Shown here: positions 1-12,010 of the stretch, one piece after another | Position numbering within the stretch: the stretch's first letter is position 1 | How the letters are laid out: every line of letters starts with the position of its first letter | Assembly (NCBI GenBank): GCA_951406725.2 | Contig: OX597832.1 | Location: forward strand, 10,726,001-10,790,000 | Length of the DNA: 64,000 bases | Direction of reading: 5' to 3' | Source: Octopus vulgaris | Lineage: Eukaryota | Position numbers and translations under genes: made by a program | Notes under the pieces: generated by a model | Told to the model about the DNA's origin: nothing | Databases searched by the model: none | Seen by the model: the letters and a program-made list of their open reading frames with translations, nothing else

Positions 1-52
1 GGCAAGTAGACTTGTAGAAGGACAAGTCGGAGTTCAAAATCAGTGATGCAAA

Positions 53-1053
53 GCCTCTGCCACTTTTGTGGGCTACCATGACAGAGGTGGTGTCGTGATA
101 AAAATACCTATTGGTGGTAAGTTAAAAATTCACCTCATTTGAGAGTGAAAATACCAAGCAAAATAGCTAACGATAACAATGGTGAAGATGCCTTACCCAA
201 CAGATATCCCACTGTGCAGCACAGTGGGCCCGGTCGTAATTCAGCCACTACTAACCATGCTACGAAACATGAGTGGAGTAAGCAAGTAAATATGGTAGTT
301 ATGGTATGTTACTACCGTAGAATCTCAGTGGGTGCAAATGACGTGCCTGTCAGAGAGGCACAGAAAACGAAGGTAGAGAGAATGGAAAGCAATGGATCTG
401 TTTGAAATTACTGAACAGAGATTATATGACCAAGTAAGAGCAATACGAAAGAAAAGACGTTTAAAAGAATTAGAGCTGGAAACTGTTAAAAGGATATCGG
501 TTGATGCTGGTCATATGAGAAACGAAAGTGGTATAGTGGAAGAGAATGAAAATTGTTTGCAAGAATATACAACCGTGAAGTGTGAAAGAATCGTGATGAG
601 TCATTACTTAAATAATGAATGCCAATTAATAATTAGCAGGATTTTGGATATATTGAGTACAGAAATGACAGGACCTATGAAGCGATTTTAAGAAGGCTAA
701 ACAATGGTGATTATTTCAAGAAGCAAATAAAGTCAATAATATATTGAAAGACATTGAAACAAAGAGCATCACACAAGCAAATTATTTCATCAAGACTGCA
801 AGTAGGATTGTGGCAGAAAAGATAGAACTGAGACCTAGAAAGAATAGAAAATTGACAGAGAGAAGTGGAAATGCACAACGTTGGTGTAAAAGGAGAATTT
901 CAGAAGATATAAACTCCTTGAACAGTGTTGTATCAATACTTGTCAGGAAAAGAAAGGGAGAATTGAAGAATGATCGCAAATTTGTAAAACTGAGGCGTAT
1001 ATACAAAAGGCCTGAATTTCGTAATTAACGAACTGAAACAGCGCATGCAAAGT
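53..1053 (+). mobile_element. Decayed 5' part of an R4/Dong-clade non-LTR retrotransposon ORF (frameshifted, 3'-truncated)
   Basis: Consecutive frames 139-405, 392-691 and 744-1053 give HEWSKQVNMVVMVCYYR, FEITEQRLYDQVRAIRKKRRLKELELETVKR, WCKRRISEDINSL and VINELKQRMQ, matching the recalled N-terminal motifs of R4/Dong proteins. No RT domain is present. Confidence 0.8.
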
Positions 1054-1142
1054 TAACTTCTTAACATTTATACAAACGTGTGTGTATGGGTATATACATA
1101 CTCTCACACACATATATTTATATACATGCATTTATGTATGTA

Positions 1143-1226
1143 CTCCTAAGTGTTAAACTAATACAATCACCCGTTGTTCCTTCACCCGTCTACGTCTTTT
1201 ATTTTCTATAAATCTAAACTATATAT
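1143..1226 (+). mobile_element. 3' tail fragment of a short Penelope-associated repeat ending in (TA)n
   Basis: ctcctaagtgttaaactaataca...cgtcttttattttc resembles the reverse complement of 28786-28870 and the tail of 36095-36283. Confidence 0.45.
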
Positions 1227-1293
1227 GTGTATATGTGTGTGTGTGTGTATGCATTGTGCGTACATATATACGTAAACGTGTGTTTTTTCCCTT

Positions 1294-1334
<41 letters not shown>

Positions 1335-2470
1335 TAACTGTTAAATTTTCACTCAGTTTATCTCATCCTTCCTCATGGTTTAATGTTAGTCACCTTTAGT
1401 GTTTTCTTCCGCGGAACGCTGTTAAGGATGTTAAACCTATACTCTTAGTTGTAGTAACACGTTAAGAGTATGTGTTTGTAGCTATAATGTATTCCGAACA
1501 CCTCTTGTGTGCTTTTGCTAACATGATTTACTTCGGTTTCATTGAGTTTGAGTAATTTTTCTAGCTAGCAATCACTGCTATACATCCCCGCTACCTCCTT
1601 TGTTATTTCCAATTTGTTTTGTTTCATTTTTCTGATAAACGCTTCTTGTAACATCAGATCAGTTATTCACACTTCACAGTACAACAACCTTCAATGCACC
1701 ACTTTTGTTTTTATCTCTATGCTCCTATAGTCAAGCAGAAATTCATATTTAGCTAATATTATCAATGCGAAAACATTATGTTAATTAAAACTTTGAGGCT
1801 TAGCTATAAAGCCAAAAGATAAAGGAGATAAAAAGATTCCTTTGTAGCGTGATAACTAAAACAATTTACCAAGTATATACACACCATTGTATTTCTTCAT
1901 TAAATCACGATTATTACAACGCAAATGAGAATGCTATAGACATTCAGATTATTACATCTTTATAACCTGATATTTGTGGTTTCAGAATTCAAATAATATT
2001 GAGAAAGAGAAGGATAAAACACCTAATTTATATAATCACGACAGTTTTTTTTTGTTTTGTTTCTTCCTGCTATTTAATTTATTTTATTCAGTTATCTTCT
2101 CATTTCGCTCAGTATCTACTAATATAGACATCAAAATGATGCTTTATTCTGATTAGAAATGTCTCTTTATACACATATGTTTAATTAAAAAAAATGCTAT
2201 TACCATTAATTAAATATCTGGTTAATTATCTTGTTATGCAACTACTAAATGACAAATTAGAAAATCACGTGCATATGTAAATGTGAGATACTAATCTATA
2301 GAAATACATGTATATATATTTGTGTAGGGCATAAAACAAGTAAATTGAGGTCTCAGTATGTGCGTTTATTACTGTAAACTGAAATATAATTTCACATTAG
2401 GAATGTAATTAAAAGCAATGCTATAAAAATCTCGAACTGATACCAGCATGAGTGTGTATATGTGTTTGTG

Positions 2471-2509
<39 letters not shown>

Positions 2510-2845
2510 AAGAAAGAGTTTGTAGGGGTGTGGTAGTGTATATGTATGGGTGTGTATGTGTTTGCTATGCATATTTTGAAGCGTGCGTGTATGTTTCTGT
2601 TACAAAGAAATTTGAGAATTAAAGCGAACGCAAAATACATATTCACATATGCATACATAGCTTGGAAAGGAACAAGAAAAAGCCTCCACTCAGTTTATTG
2701 ACGTTAAATTGCTTCATAGCCTATCTCGCCATAGAAATTGTAGGAATGGGCAGGGCTGTTAGATTTTAATTATAGTTATAATCGATCATGTGTAACAAGC
2801 AACAGCAATAACATTCAAAATAGTAACAATATCTATGTTACACAG

Positions 2846-3229
2846 GTCAAGTTGGATGCTGGGGCGTGCACCATCGCAGCGCGTTGCTGCATTCATCATT
2901 TCACTGTATATTCTCGGATCCTTTCTGGCGTTCTGACAGAATCCCAGAGTCTTAGTCAGTTCTCATCTCTGCAAGATACCACTTTATCTGTCGTGACCTT
3001 GTGGTTCGACCAATATGAGCCTCCAACCCAGCCAGATCTTCAGTGAAGAGAATACAGTAGGCAGGTTCTAACTCGAAAAATCTTGCAACATGGCTAAACA
3101 GTCTGTCCTGGTGCTCCGGACTGAATCAATTCTGATTCCTGCGGAGAAGATCTGGTTGTATATAAAATCCAACCAATGGTAACCCATTATCCTGTGAAAC
3201 ATCCTGGTAGTAAAGAGTTAACGTAGCTT
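2846..3229 (-). mobile_element. RTE-type LINE 3' end, degenerate
   Basis: Minus-strand pieces read FHRIMGYHWLDFIYNQ, HQDRLFSHVARFFELEPAYCILFTED and MMNAATRCDGA, similar to RTE C-terminal motifs (LRRIxGYxWxDFVSN, RLFGHVAR, DAATRC). Confidence 0.8.
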
Positions 3230-3545
3230 GGAATCTCTTGGATCAAGACAACGATCGAAACCTTTGTGGGCTTCTTCGATCTCGAAATGCTATAGCGATG
3301 GTAGACTACAATGGTAAGCTATGGCTAATCCTAAAGGCCTGAAACTTTGTTCCCTAGCATTTATCTCCAATTGTGGATGAGAATATCGAAGTTGTTGACC
3401 GCTTCGTTTAAATCGGCAATGAGATTCCTAGCGGCTGTAACTGCTTGTCTGAAGACCTAAAAGTTCTTAGATCTGGACACATCGAACAAGGATGCTTGAC
3501 TCTGCAGATACCTCTGCTGGAGAACAAAGTTTCAGGTCTTTAAGA
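3230..3545 (+). mobile_element. RTE-type LINE RT C-terminal fragment, inverted relative to 2846-3229
   Basis: Plus-strand pieces read ISWIKTTIETF, ENIEVVDRFV*IGNEI and CRYLCWRTKFQVFK, similar to RTE motifs SWxKTK, ENIEVVxxFTYLGS and YLxRRTKVQVF. Confidence 0.8.
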
Positions 3546-4188
3546 TTATACATAGCTTATCATTTTATTGTACCATTGCAATAGCGTTTCGAGATCGAAG
3601 AGGTTATAACGCAGGTTAGTATATAGAACTAGCAGGAGGTATCATATTCTGCTAGAATACATACTCAGGGAGGGGACAGTATTTCGTTGATTGAAGTATG
3701 ATGCAATTTCAGGTACATTGATATCTAAATTATGTACCACTCATTATGTGGTACTACATTTCTTCAGTCACAAAGAGACAAAGGAGATATCAATAGAATG
3801 AGAAAATTAATAATAATGTGTTTTTAACTGCTAAAATTTTTTACATGATTTCTAAATCAACGATCATTACAAGATATTTATTAGGTGCAGGTATTGTCAT
3901 GTTGCATATTAATTACAAATCTCTTGCAATACATCCAATTTTGTGCTTACGTCTTCTAACATAACCAGTCTGGAGTTAATTAAAGATATGAACGTGAAAT
4001 ATTTACAGGAAATATATGCAGGAAGTTTGATTCCTTGTCTCCATAGCTGTGGTCCATCTGCCAATGGACTGGACCAGAGCTATCTAGAAATTGGATATTT
4101 TTAACAAAAAGGAACTAGTACCATTTTAAAAATATAAAGACAACGCAATCTTATTCTTTTAGTAAATACTTGTGCACGCGTATACAAA

Positions 4189-4191
<3 letters not shown>

Positions 4192-4236
<45 letters not shown>

Positions 4237-4252
4237 GTGTGTGTTGTGTGTT
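4192..4252. repeat. (GT)n microsatellite
   Basis: Direct reading. Confidence 0.95.
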
Positions 4253-4266
4253 TGGTTGCTATGGTG

Positions 4267-4480
4267 AAAACGAGTAAAAAACTGCTTCGGTCAAGAACGA
4301 CTGTGTGATCTCACCAAGACAGTTATCCGAGGCTCGATCCCGGGCAAGGTTGTTTATAGAAGACCAGCAATCATCCATGCATAGCAAGTCTCCCCTCTCC
4401 ACGCCACCAAAATTATCTAAGGCAAAGGCAATGGACGATACAGCTTGATACCAGGACATCGCAACTCATCTCTGCAGTTA
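4267..4480 (-). mobile_element. Headless tail of a CORE-like tRNA-SINE (same family as 58362-58701)
   Basis: ccgggcaaggtt...gaagaccagca...tctcccctctccacgccacca...gatacagcttg aligns by eye with 58431-58570. Confidence 0.85.
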
Positions 4481-4872
4481 AGAGAACGTAAAATAAACCT
4501 CTGAGCCAAACGCCTTCACATGGGTCAATAGTTGCTATATTCAACCAGCAATAAAGCCATAAACCATATTTATATATGCTTTGTATAAAATACATGTTCC
4601 CCGTTTTAAGGGAAATGTTCTCCTTTATGTACGTAATTTTCGTTTAAGTCATTGCCTCTGCGATCGCCATTTTTATTCACTAATTGTACCCCATGAACAG
4701 TAAAATCTAACAGAAATATATTGAAGTGGTTATATTTGTTTTCAAATGTACTGGATATAGAAAACCTATTTTATCTAAGCAGTGGTTCAGGAGCACTTTA
4801 TGCATACAGAACCACATGTAATACTTTTATACCTAAAAACTAATATACAATTTTGCTTATGAAAATACATGA

Positions 4873-4934
4873 GTAAAAGAGATTTTACGTAAAAGAGATT
4901 TTGCAATTTTACGTAAAAGAGATTTTGCAATTTT
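4873..4934. repeat. 24-bp tandem repeat, about 2.5 copies
   Basis: Unit ttttacgtaaaagagattttgcaa. Confidence 0.9.
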
Positions 4935-5335
4935 TAAAATCAAAACTCTGTAATTAAAGCCGAACACATATAGGCTTACTGTACTATCTTTCAAGTTGCC
5001 TCAGGAAAATAGCTGAGATTTATTCACAAAGGCTTTGAGATTTTATTAATTTCATATCTTATGCTACTTTGCTTTCCTGCATTTCAACAGAAAATACCAT
5101 TCATGTTATTATTAGTAGTATATATAATGTATATACATATACACACAAATATGCATTCATCATTGGTATATATGTGTGTTTGCGTGTGTGTATGTATGTA
5201 TGTATGTATGTGTATATATATGTATATATATATATGTATATATATATATATGTTCAATTATACAAATTTGCTGGTACGTACATACATACATACATACACA
5301 TACACACATCTATAGATAAATACTTAATCTTCTAG

Positions 5336-5395
5336 CTTCTGTCATTGGACTGCGGCTTTGCTGGGATACACCTTTAGTCAAGCAACTCAGCTCTA
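5336..5395 (-). mobile_element. SINE 3'-tail fragment (family of 16493-16850)
   Basis: ttctgtcattggactgcggc...cctttagtcaa matches 55832-55880. Confidence 0.6.
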
Positions 5396-5687
5396 ATATT
5401 TATTTATTTCTAAATCTGTTACATATCCTATCGCCCGCTTCTGCACAGCCACCCACTTCCGGGTACGTAAACACAGCATCACATATTGTCAAGCGGCGGT
5501 GCGGTACAGAAACATGCACCCTCACACACACACACGCACATACGCAAACACATCGACCCGCACATCTCACACACACACGCACCTATGCCTACATACTAAT
5601 ATAAATATGTACGTATGATTATATTGTCATACACTATGACATATTAATAGCCGTACATATCTCTCTCTATATATATATATATAAATA

Positions 5688-5966
5688 CAGTGTACATTTA
5701 AACACATAAGAGGTATCCATCACAGGATTCCTTTCACGCTGGAAGTAACAGCTAAAGTCCTAACCACTATTAGGGATAAAAATTCAAAGGGAATGAAAAA
5801 TAAAACCATTTAACATCTATCTCCTGGACCATGGTTTCAGACTTTTTTTTAGCAAATTCATTCCCTTCGAGTTTTTAACCCTAATAGTGGTTTGGACTTT
5901 AACTGTTCCTTCTAGTGGGAAAGGAACCCTCTTATGGATACCTCTTATGTGCTTAAATGTACACTG
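5688..5966. mobile_element. Foldback/MITE with about 110-bp terminal inverted repeats, Tc1/mariner-like ends
   Basis: 5688-5797 is an imperfect reverse complement of 5857-5966. Ends are CAGTG...CACTG, with TA on the left flank and GA on the right. Confidence 0.8.
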
Positions 5967-7642
5967 GATTAATATGAATGATATATAGTCTGTTGACTAA
6001 TATTTCTACACGCTAGCCCACTGGTAGTAAACATTTCTAAAATCTTTATTACCCTGATATTATTAATTATTGATATATATAGATAGTTTGTCAGAAATTC
6101 TGTTGTAGATGCAAGAATTATATTCATGGACAACCAGCCGACACTCTAGCATAAGACACTCTAAGCATAAGCTAACTTTTCACTAATGGTTCAAGACATG
6201 CATAGAAAGTCAAACAACGCGAATATTCACACAGATACATACACGAATATTCACAGATACATACACACGGGAGTGAACACGGATACGCACACACATACGT
6301 ACGATCGTATTAGCAGTAAAAGAAAAATGTTGATACAGATAGAGATATAGATCATGATTATACAACAAAATTTATTTTTCCTTATATTTTTCTCTTTTTT
6401 TTCTACCATTTTGGCGAGATAGACAAACAGGCATTTGATACGGTAATGTATTTAGGAAAACTATTTAGCGCTAGAGTTTGCTTTCTGAGAGTTGCTTTGC
6501 TAATATCGTCGTTCCATGTCAACGGCCTATTGGGCAGATTGCCAACTTCATTAACGAGATGTGAGTAAAACTAGTCAAACGAAATTTAACTAAAGCACAG
6601 CAAAGACGAAATAAATACATGCATCCGCCGCAGATTTGCACAAAAAGTTACTCGTAACTTACTTTTTTTTAATATATATCTCTCTCTCTGCCCCACACTC
6701 TCTTTATCTCGCTCTTTTCATCTGTTTGCCTATCTATGAAGCTCTCTCACTCATTCTCAGGTTATTTCGGTCTCTATATATTTGTGTTAATCTTCCCGTT
6801 TCTCTCTAAAAATCTTGCGCTTAACACGCTCGCTAACTCCGCATATACGCACTGCCTGCGATATGTTTGCATGTGCACTTGTGTATGCATTTTCAAATTG
6901 TGTATACAGTGTATGTGCAATGTCACATGTATATGCACAAAATGCATTTCTGAATATACCCCAACCGCAAATACACATAGTTACACGAAATATACACACA
7001 TATTCATTTACATTCATATACATTTTGTAAACAAGTTTATATATATATATATACTTATCCATATATATATATATCTATATCTATGTGTATGCATATATGA
7101 TACATACGTATCTATTCATCCATCTATCTATATAACAACATCCTTCATTATCTGAATTCAAACAAAAACATAAAGACAAAAATACTGCTAATTCTACTAT
7201 ACAAATAGAAGCAAGTGCCAAAGGAATGTGAACTAGTAGCCTCGAGGGAAGACACAGACGAAATTTCTAAAGTACCAGAAAATAAATATACAAAGAAAAT
7301 ATAGAAAAAACAGCACAAATAATTGCAGTATTCTATTTGCTCTGACATTCAAACGACCGACCGCTACAGTCAGTTCTTGTTTGTTTTTCCTTTTATATTA
7401 TTTTTCAAGTTGCTTTTCGTTTATTTTTTTCAACATGTGTCAGGTTTAGAATTTTGGTTTTTCCACTTCGTATTTTTGTACGTTTTAACTTGCTTATTTC
7501 GCGTAGTGATTTCTAGGCATCGCTGTAACTATATCAGGCACGAAGATACTAGCAAGACGTCAAAACCCCTAACAAAATCTAGAAATATGTCTCTTTTGTT
7601 AGCTGCTGTTCAACATACGCAACCTAATCTTAATTTTCTACC

Positions 7643-7661
7643 TGACGTCATAATCACGTGA
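7643..7661. promoter_or_regulatory. Adjacent full CRE (TGACGTCA) and extended E-box (TCACGTGA)
   Basis: Two perfect 8-bp palindromes 3 bp apart in non-repetitive sequence. Function is inferred only. Confidence 0.35.
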
Positions 7662-9560
7662 ATTTCATACATTTTGCACACATTTTGATTTATCTCTTTC
7701 CTTCAAAACTGTTTCTTTGCTCTGTTCATGACATGGCGTCTTCACTAACACTGGCAGTTAATAAGTATACACAAGTTTTACCTTTTATATGGTACGAAAT
7801 AATGCACCATTTGTTAATTTTATAAATGTAGATAAATCAATTAGGATATATGTACATATGTCAACGTTTAAAAGTGGGCGCGCATGTGTGTCAAAGTTAT
7901 TCAACAATCTGCTTTCAATAGTTGAGGACAGTGTCCGTGCTCCAATCTCCCTAGTTTTAGGCGATCAAATATACTCTCAGACTTATTTTTAGGCTAGCCA
8001 TTAGCGTATAGCTCACTAAACAATGGTTCTGTTTGATAATAAAAGTGAGTGAATTAGCAGCGGTTAATTAAAATAGGAGCAACGCTGGCAAAGTTTATTG
8101 AACTCTGCTTTTATTTCCCTCCTCCACCTTCTTTTCCTCCTTCTCTCTCTCTTTCTCTGAATATATTACGTCTGTGTGTGTACATGCGTATGTATATTAT
8201 GCATGTATGTATGCATTTATGCACAAAAGTTTGGACTTCCAGCCAGTTTCAGTCTCTCAAAATCCATTCCCATTGGTGAAAAAGTTATGGCCAATAAACC
8301 AAGAGGGACCGATAGGACGTTGGTCTTACTTCTGTTCAATATTTATTACTTAGTATTTCCCCATGTGACTTACTTTTGAAAAATATTATTTCTCTTAATT
8401 CTTGAAGTGTTGATACGTTTCCTGAAATGTTTTATGCCGATTCTCATGGAAACAGCGATCAGTTGATATAATCAAATAATTGAATCATGTACTATCACGT
8501 TTTGACCTTTATTGTATTCCTTGATGTTCACGCCACGTTCAAAATTTCGTTTCCCTCGAGTCGATTTTAATAGATCTTTCCTTTAATCTAAATTCCAATT
8601 TGTAACCTCTGCTGTAACAATTTGGTGATAAACTATTCGTTTTTGCGATTGAATGATTTTCTTCATAAAATCACGAACTTTCACTATCGAAGTCTTCTCT
8701 ATCAAAGATAACATAGAAGCATAAGGGTCTAATATTTTGATGCAAAAATTAACTACGGACCCATGGGTTTCTTTGTACGTGAAACTGAGTTATAATAAAA
8801 ATAACTTTCACTGGAAAACAAAAATATAACATTCATGTTATTTAGCATAGCAATGAAACTAGTATATTTGAAATGGTTCCAAAGTCTTAAAAAGTAACAA
8901 AAGAAATAAATTAACTGTAAAAGCCTATCTAACAGTATTGTATATATTTCTGTCACCTTCATGATTGAGTAGCAAGGGTAGACAGCTGTAAAACCACTTA
9001 CTTCAAGAACATACTCTCGCTTCAGAAACATTTACTCTAGAAAGTATGGTTAAGTATCTCCGGATTTCATAAGGTAATTAGTTGGGTTTTTTTTTAGGTT
9101 ACTGGCGTTGAAGGCAGCTATTAATAAATATAGTTGAAGACGTTCAAATCTAGCTAAGTACGTTTTTGTATTTGACATTCCTCTTTTCTTTTCCTGAAAG
9201 GAAAAATACTACTCTAGATGATATTTTCTGTGAAATCAAGTTGTCAAAAGTAAATTAGAACAATAGTTTGTAGCTAGCGATGAAAAGACAATGCAAATGA
9301 TTACGAGTTGGTACAGTCTATTGACAAATGTTGACAGCAAATATAATGCAGTGTAAACACATAAGATATATTCAAATTTAAAACGTAGAAACCTTGTAAA
9401 TCCTGATATATTTTAACGCTAGCGAATTCAAAAGCATTTTTGATAAAATCTGTCATATCGTTTCCTTATAGTGTGTTAAATAGTTGTCGAGTGAAGAAAA
9501 TTATAGTAATTACACCTTCGAGCTATAGTTTTTAAACCAGTCAGATAAAAGAAGCAGAAG

Positions 9561-9730
9561 TTTATTATTTACATTATTTACAATTGACAGATATTTGTCC
9601 TCATCTTGTCTGTTGTTAACATAACGTTTCGGCTGATATACTCTCCAGCTTTCATCAGGTATCGTGGAGAAATTTCGAACCTTGGGTCTCATTCCTAAGG
9701 TACTTTTCGATGTTGTTATTATTGTTATTA

Positions 9731-9768
<38 letters not shown>

Positions 9769-9858
9769 TTCACTACATAGAATCGAAATTAGAACCTCAG
9801 GGTTAGGAGCTCGCGCTCTTAACCATTACGCCACGGGCGTATGTCGTAATAATTAAGA
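9561..9858 (-). mobile_element. Composite element: tRNA-like head, (TAA)n linker, hammerhead-bearing Penelope-like tail
   Basis: Minus strand shows A-box TGGCGTAATGG (9833-9823), a degenerate B-box, (TAA)n at 9765-9713, then CTGATGA...GAAACGTT, with a short inverted duplication of the head at 9845-9858. Confidence 0.7.
9618..9663 (-). ncRNA. Minimal type I hammerhead ribozyme motif
   Basis: gatac-CTGATGA-aagctg(10 nt)cagcc-GAAA-CGT-T-atgtt. Core is intact, stem III is palindromic ACGU, stems I and II have mismatches. Confidence 0.7.
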
Positions 9859-11696
9859 TACCTGGCTAATTACTTAAAACGTTACTTCTCTCTGGAAGAA
9901 ATAGCTTTCGCCTTGCATTTCTAGTGCAGGTGTAAAATGAGGCTTCATTTTTACTGCTGTCATTCACAATTTCAATGTCCTAAGAGCACCACCCCCCGAA
10001 ATTGAAGCAAACACTGTCTGTTATTTGGCCGTTACGTGCATGAATATATATTGAATCGAGAGTGTATGAGCAACAGAAAAATAACCAGTGTTAATGCATA
10101 TAATACATGCTCCGTACACTGAAATAGGAAGCAAAATTGGGGCGTCTACGTGGTTGCTATTTCTGTCTATCAGGTATAAAAAATAGTCATATCAGCCAAA
10201 CATAAAAAGTACATTCTTTTGTAGAAGTATGACAGTATTATGTACAAAGTTGTTCAAAATACTCTGCATTTGATTAGAAACACCTTTCTCTCATGCATCT
10301 GTGACATGACGGCAGCCATAGGTTCAAAACCAACAGCGCTTATTTATAACAATAGAGCAGATGATGGCTGCTTATGTGTTATATATACAGAACACTAAGG
10401 ATTTTTATAGTGATAGATAAGATTTTATTTAAACACTTATTACTTACAGTTATTCACCTGGATATAACAGAAATGTCTCGATGTCTCCATATCCTGTATA
10501 TAGCTTATATACTTTAGAGAATTCCCAATGATTTAAACATGTATTGCCAACCGATATGATTTAGTATTGTATTTAATTGTTTTCTTCGTTGATTAGCATT
10601 TACATGACTTCGCTGCTGGCAAAATATTTCCGATTTTATTGGGTAGTGTGTGATGGAATTCATGACACCTCTGAGCAATAGATACCATATTTTAAATTTT
10701 CTTTAAAGCTTGCACATTAGTACCGTGTATATAAGCACCTGCGAGAGTGTGTAATTAAACGCAAACACACACACACAATCACACACACACACACACATAC
10801 AATCATCTTATTAGCAACGGAATCAGTGTTATTTCAAAACAGCAATCTGTACATCATATTTTATGCAGAAATCTATTATTCAAAGCTTGCTTCAGTATTT
10901 CTCTTGAGAAAGCATCTTTCATTACACATAAATATAACACTGAAATATAACAGCAGTAAGATAATGTCGTCTAGAATATATATCATAATTAAAAAGAGAT
11001 ATAGGTCTAAAGTTGACTGATCTGAGGTATTCGTCAGTGGTTACCTGCAAATAACGAAGCTGAAAGAAGCAGCAAAACTTTTTCAGCAATATCACCGATA
11101 TTAGTCAATGAAATGCGGGCGTACAGATGAGCCACCGTCAACGGCTTCATTTATCATACTGTAATTATTTCAATATAGTGATTGTTATCGTCTCATTTTG
11201 TTTTATGAACAGCAAAGTTGTAGAATACAAGTGGATAGTACATATTCGATAGAGCCAATGGCCTGCATATATGGTAAGACATACATACATACATGCATAC
11301 ATACATGCATACATACATACATGCATGCATACATACATATATATATACATACGTACGGACGGACGTAAAGACGTACATACATACATACCTATGAGAAATC
11401 TGCTGTTACTTTATCCAGATTACAAGGTCAGGTTTAAATTTGTAATTACTGTGGCTCTCGGCTATGTAACACGCTGCCTAAATACCAATGTTGAGAAATA
11501 AGGCTTCTCAAAATCAGAAAGAAGAAAGTTAACTCGAAGACTACACTTTCAAACTATCACTGGGACTCTAAAATCTGTAAAAGTTTCTACATGTTTAGCA
11601 CTTATGAGCTTGTCTAGATATGCAAGTATATGCACTAGAATACATACATAAAGCAAAACATATGAATTTGCACATATACATACACACAAACAAATA

Positions 11697-12010
11697 GGAG
11701 CACACCGTCGGTTGCGATGACGAGGGTCCCAGCTTATACGATCAAAGGAACAGATTGCTCGTGGAATTAACGTGCAAGTGGCTGAGCACTCCACAAACAC
11801 GTGTACCCTTAACGTAGTTCTCGGGGACATTCAGCGTGACACATAGTGTGACAAAGCTGTCCCTTTGAAATACAGGTACTACTCAATTTTGCCAGCTGAA
11901 CGAACTGGAGCAACGTGAAATAAAGTGTCTTGCACGAGCCGCCGAGAATTGAACTTACGACCTTACGACCATGAGCCGAATGCCCTAACCACTAAGCCAC
12001 GCGCCTTCAC
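11697..12010 (-). mobile_element. tRNA-derived SINE with CORE-like body and Deu/Nin-like tail
   Basis: Minus-strand head gtgaaggcgcgtggcttagtggttagggc. Body shared with 33427 and 58362, tail shared with 47285 and 37971. Confidence 0.9.

Noticed and set aside
1330-1656. Possible solo LTR (TGATGT...ACATCA)
   Set aside because: No matching target-site duplication and no second copy; a 6-bp inverted match can occur by chance.
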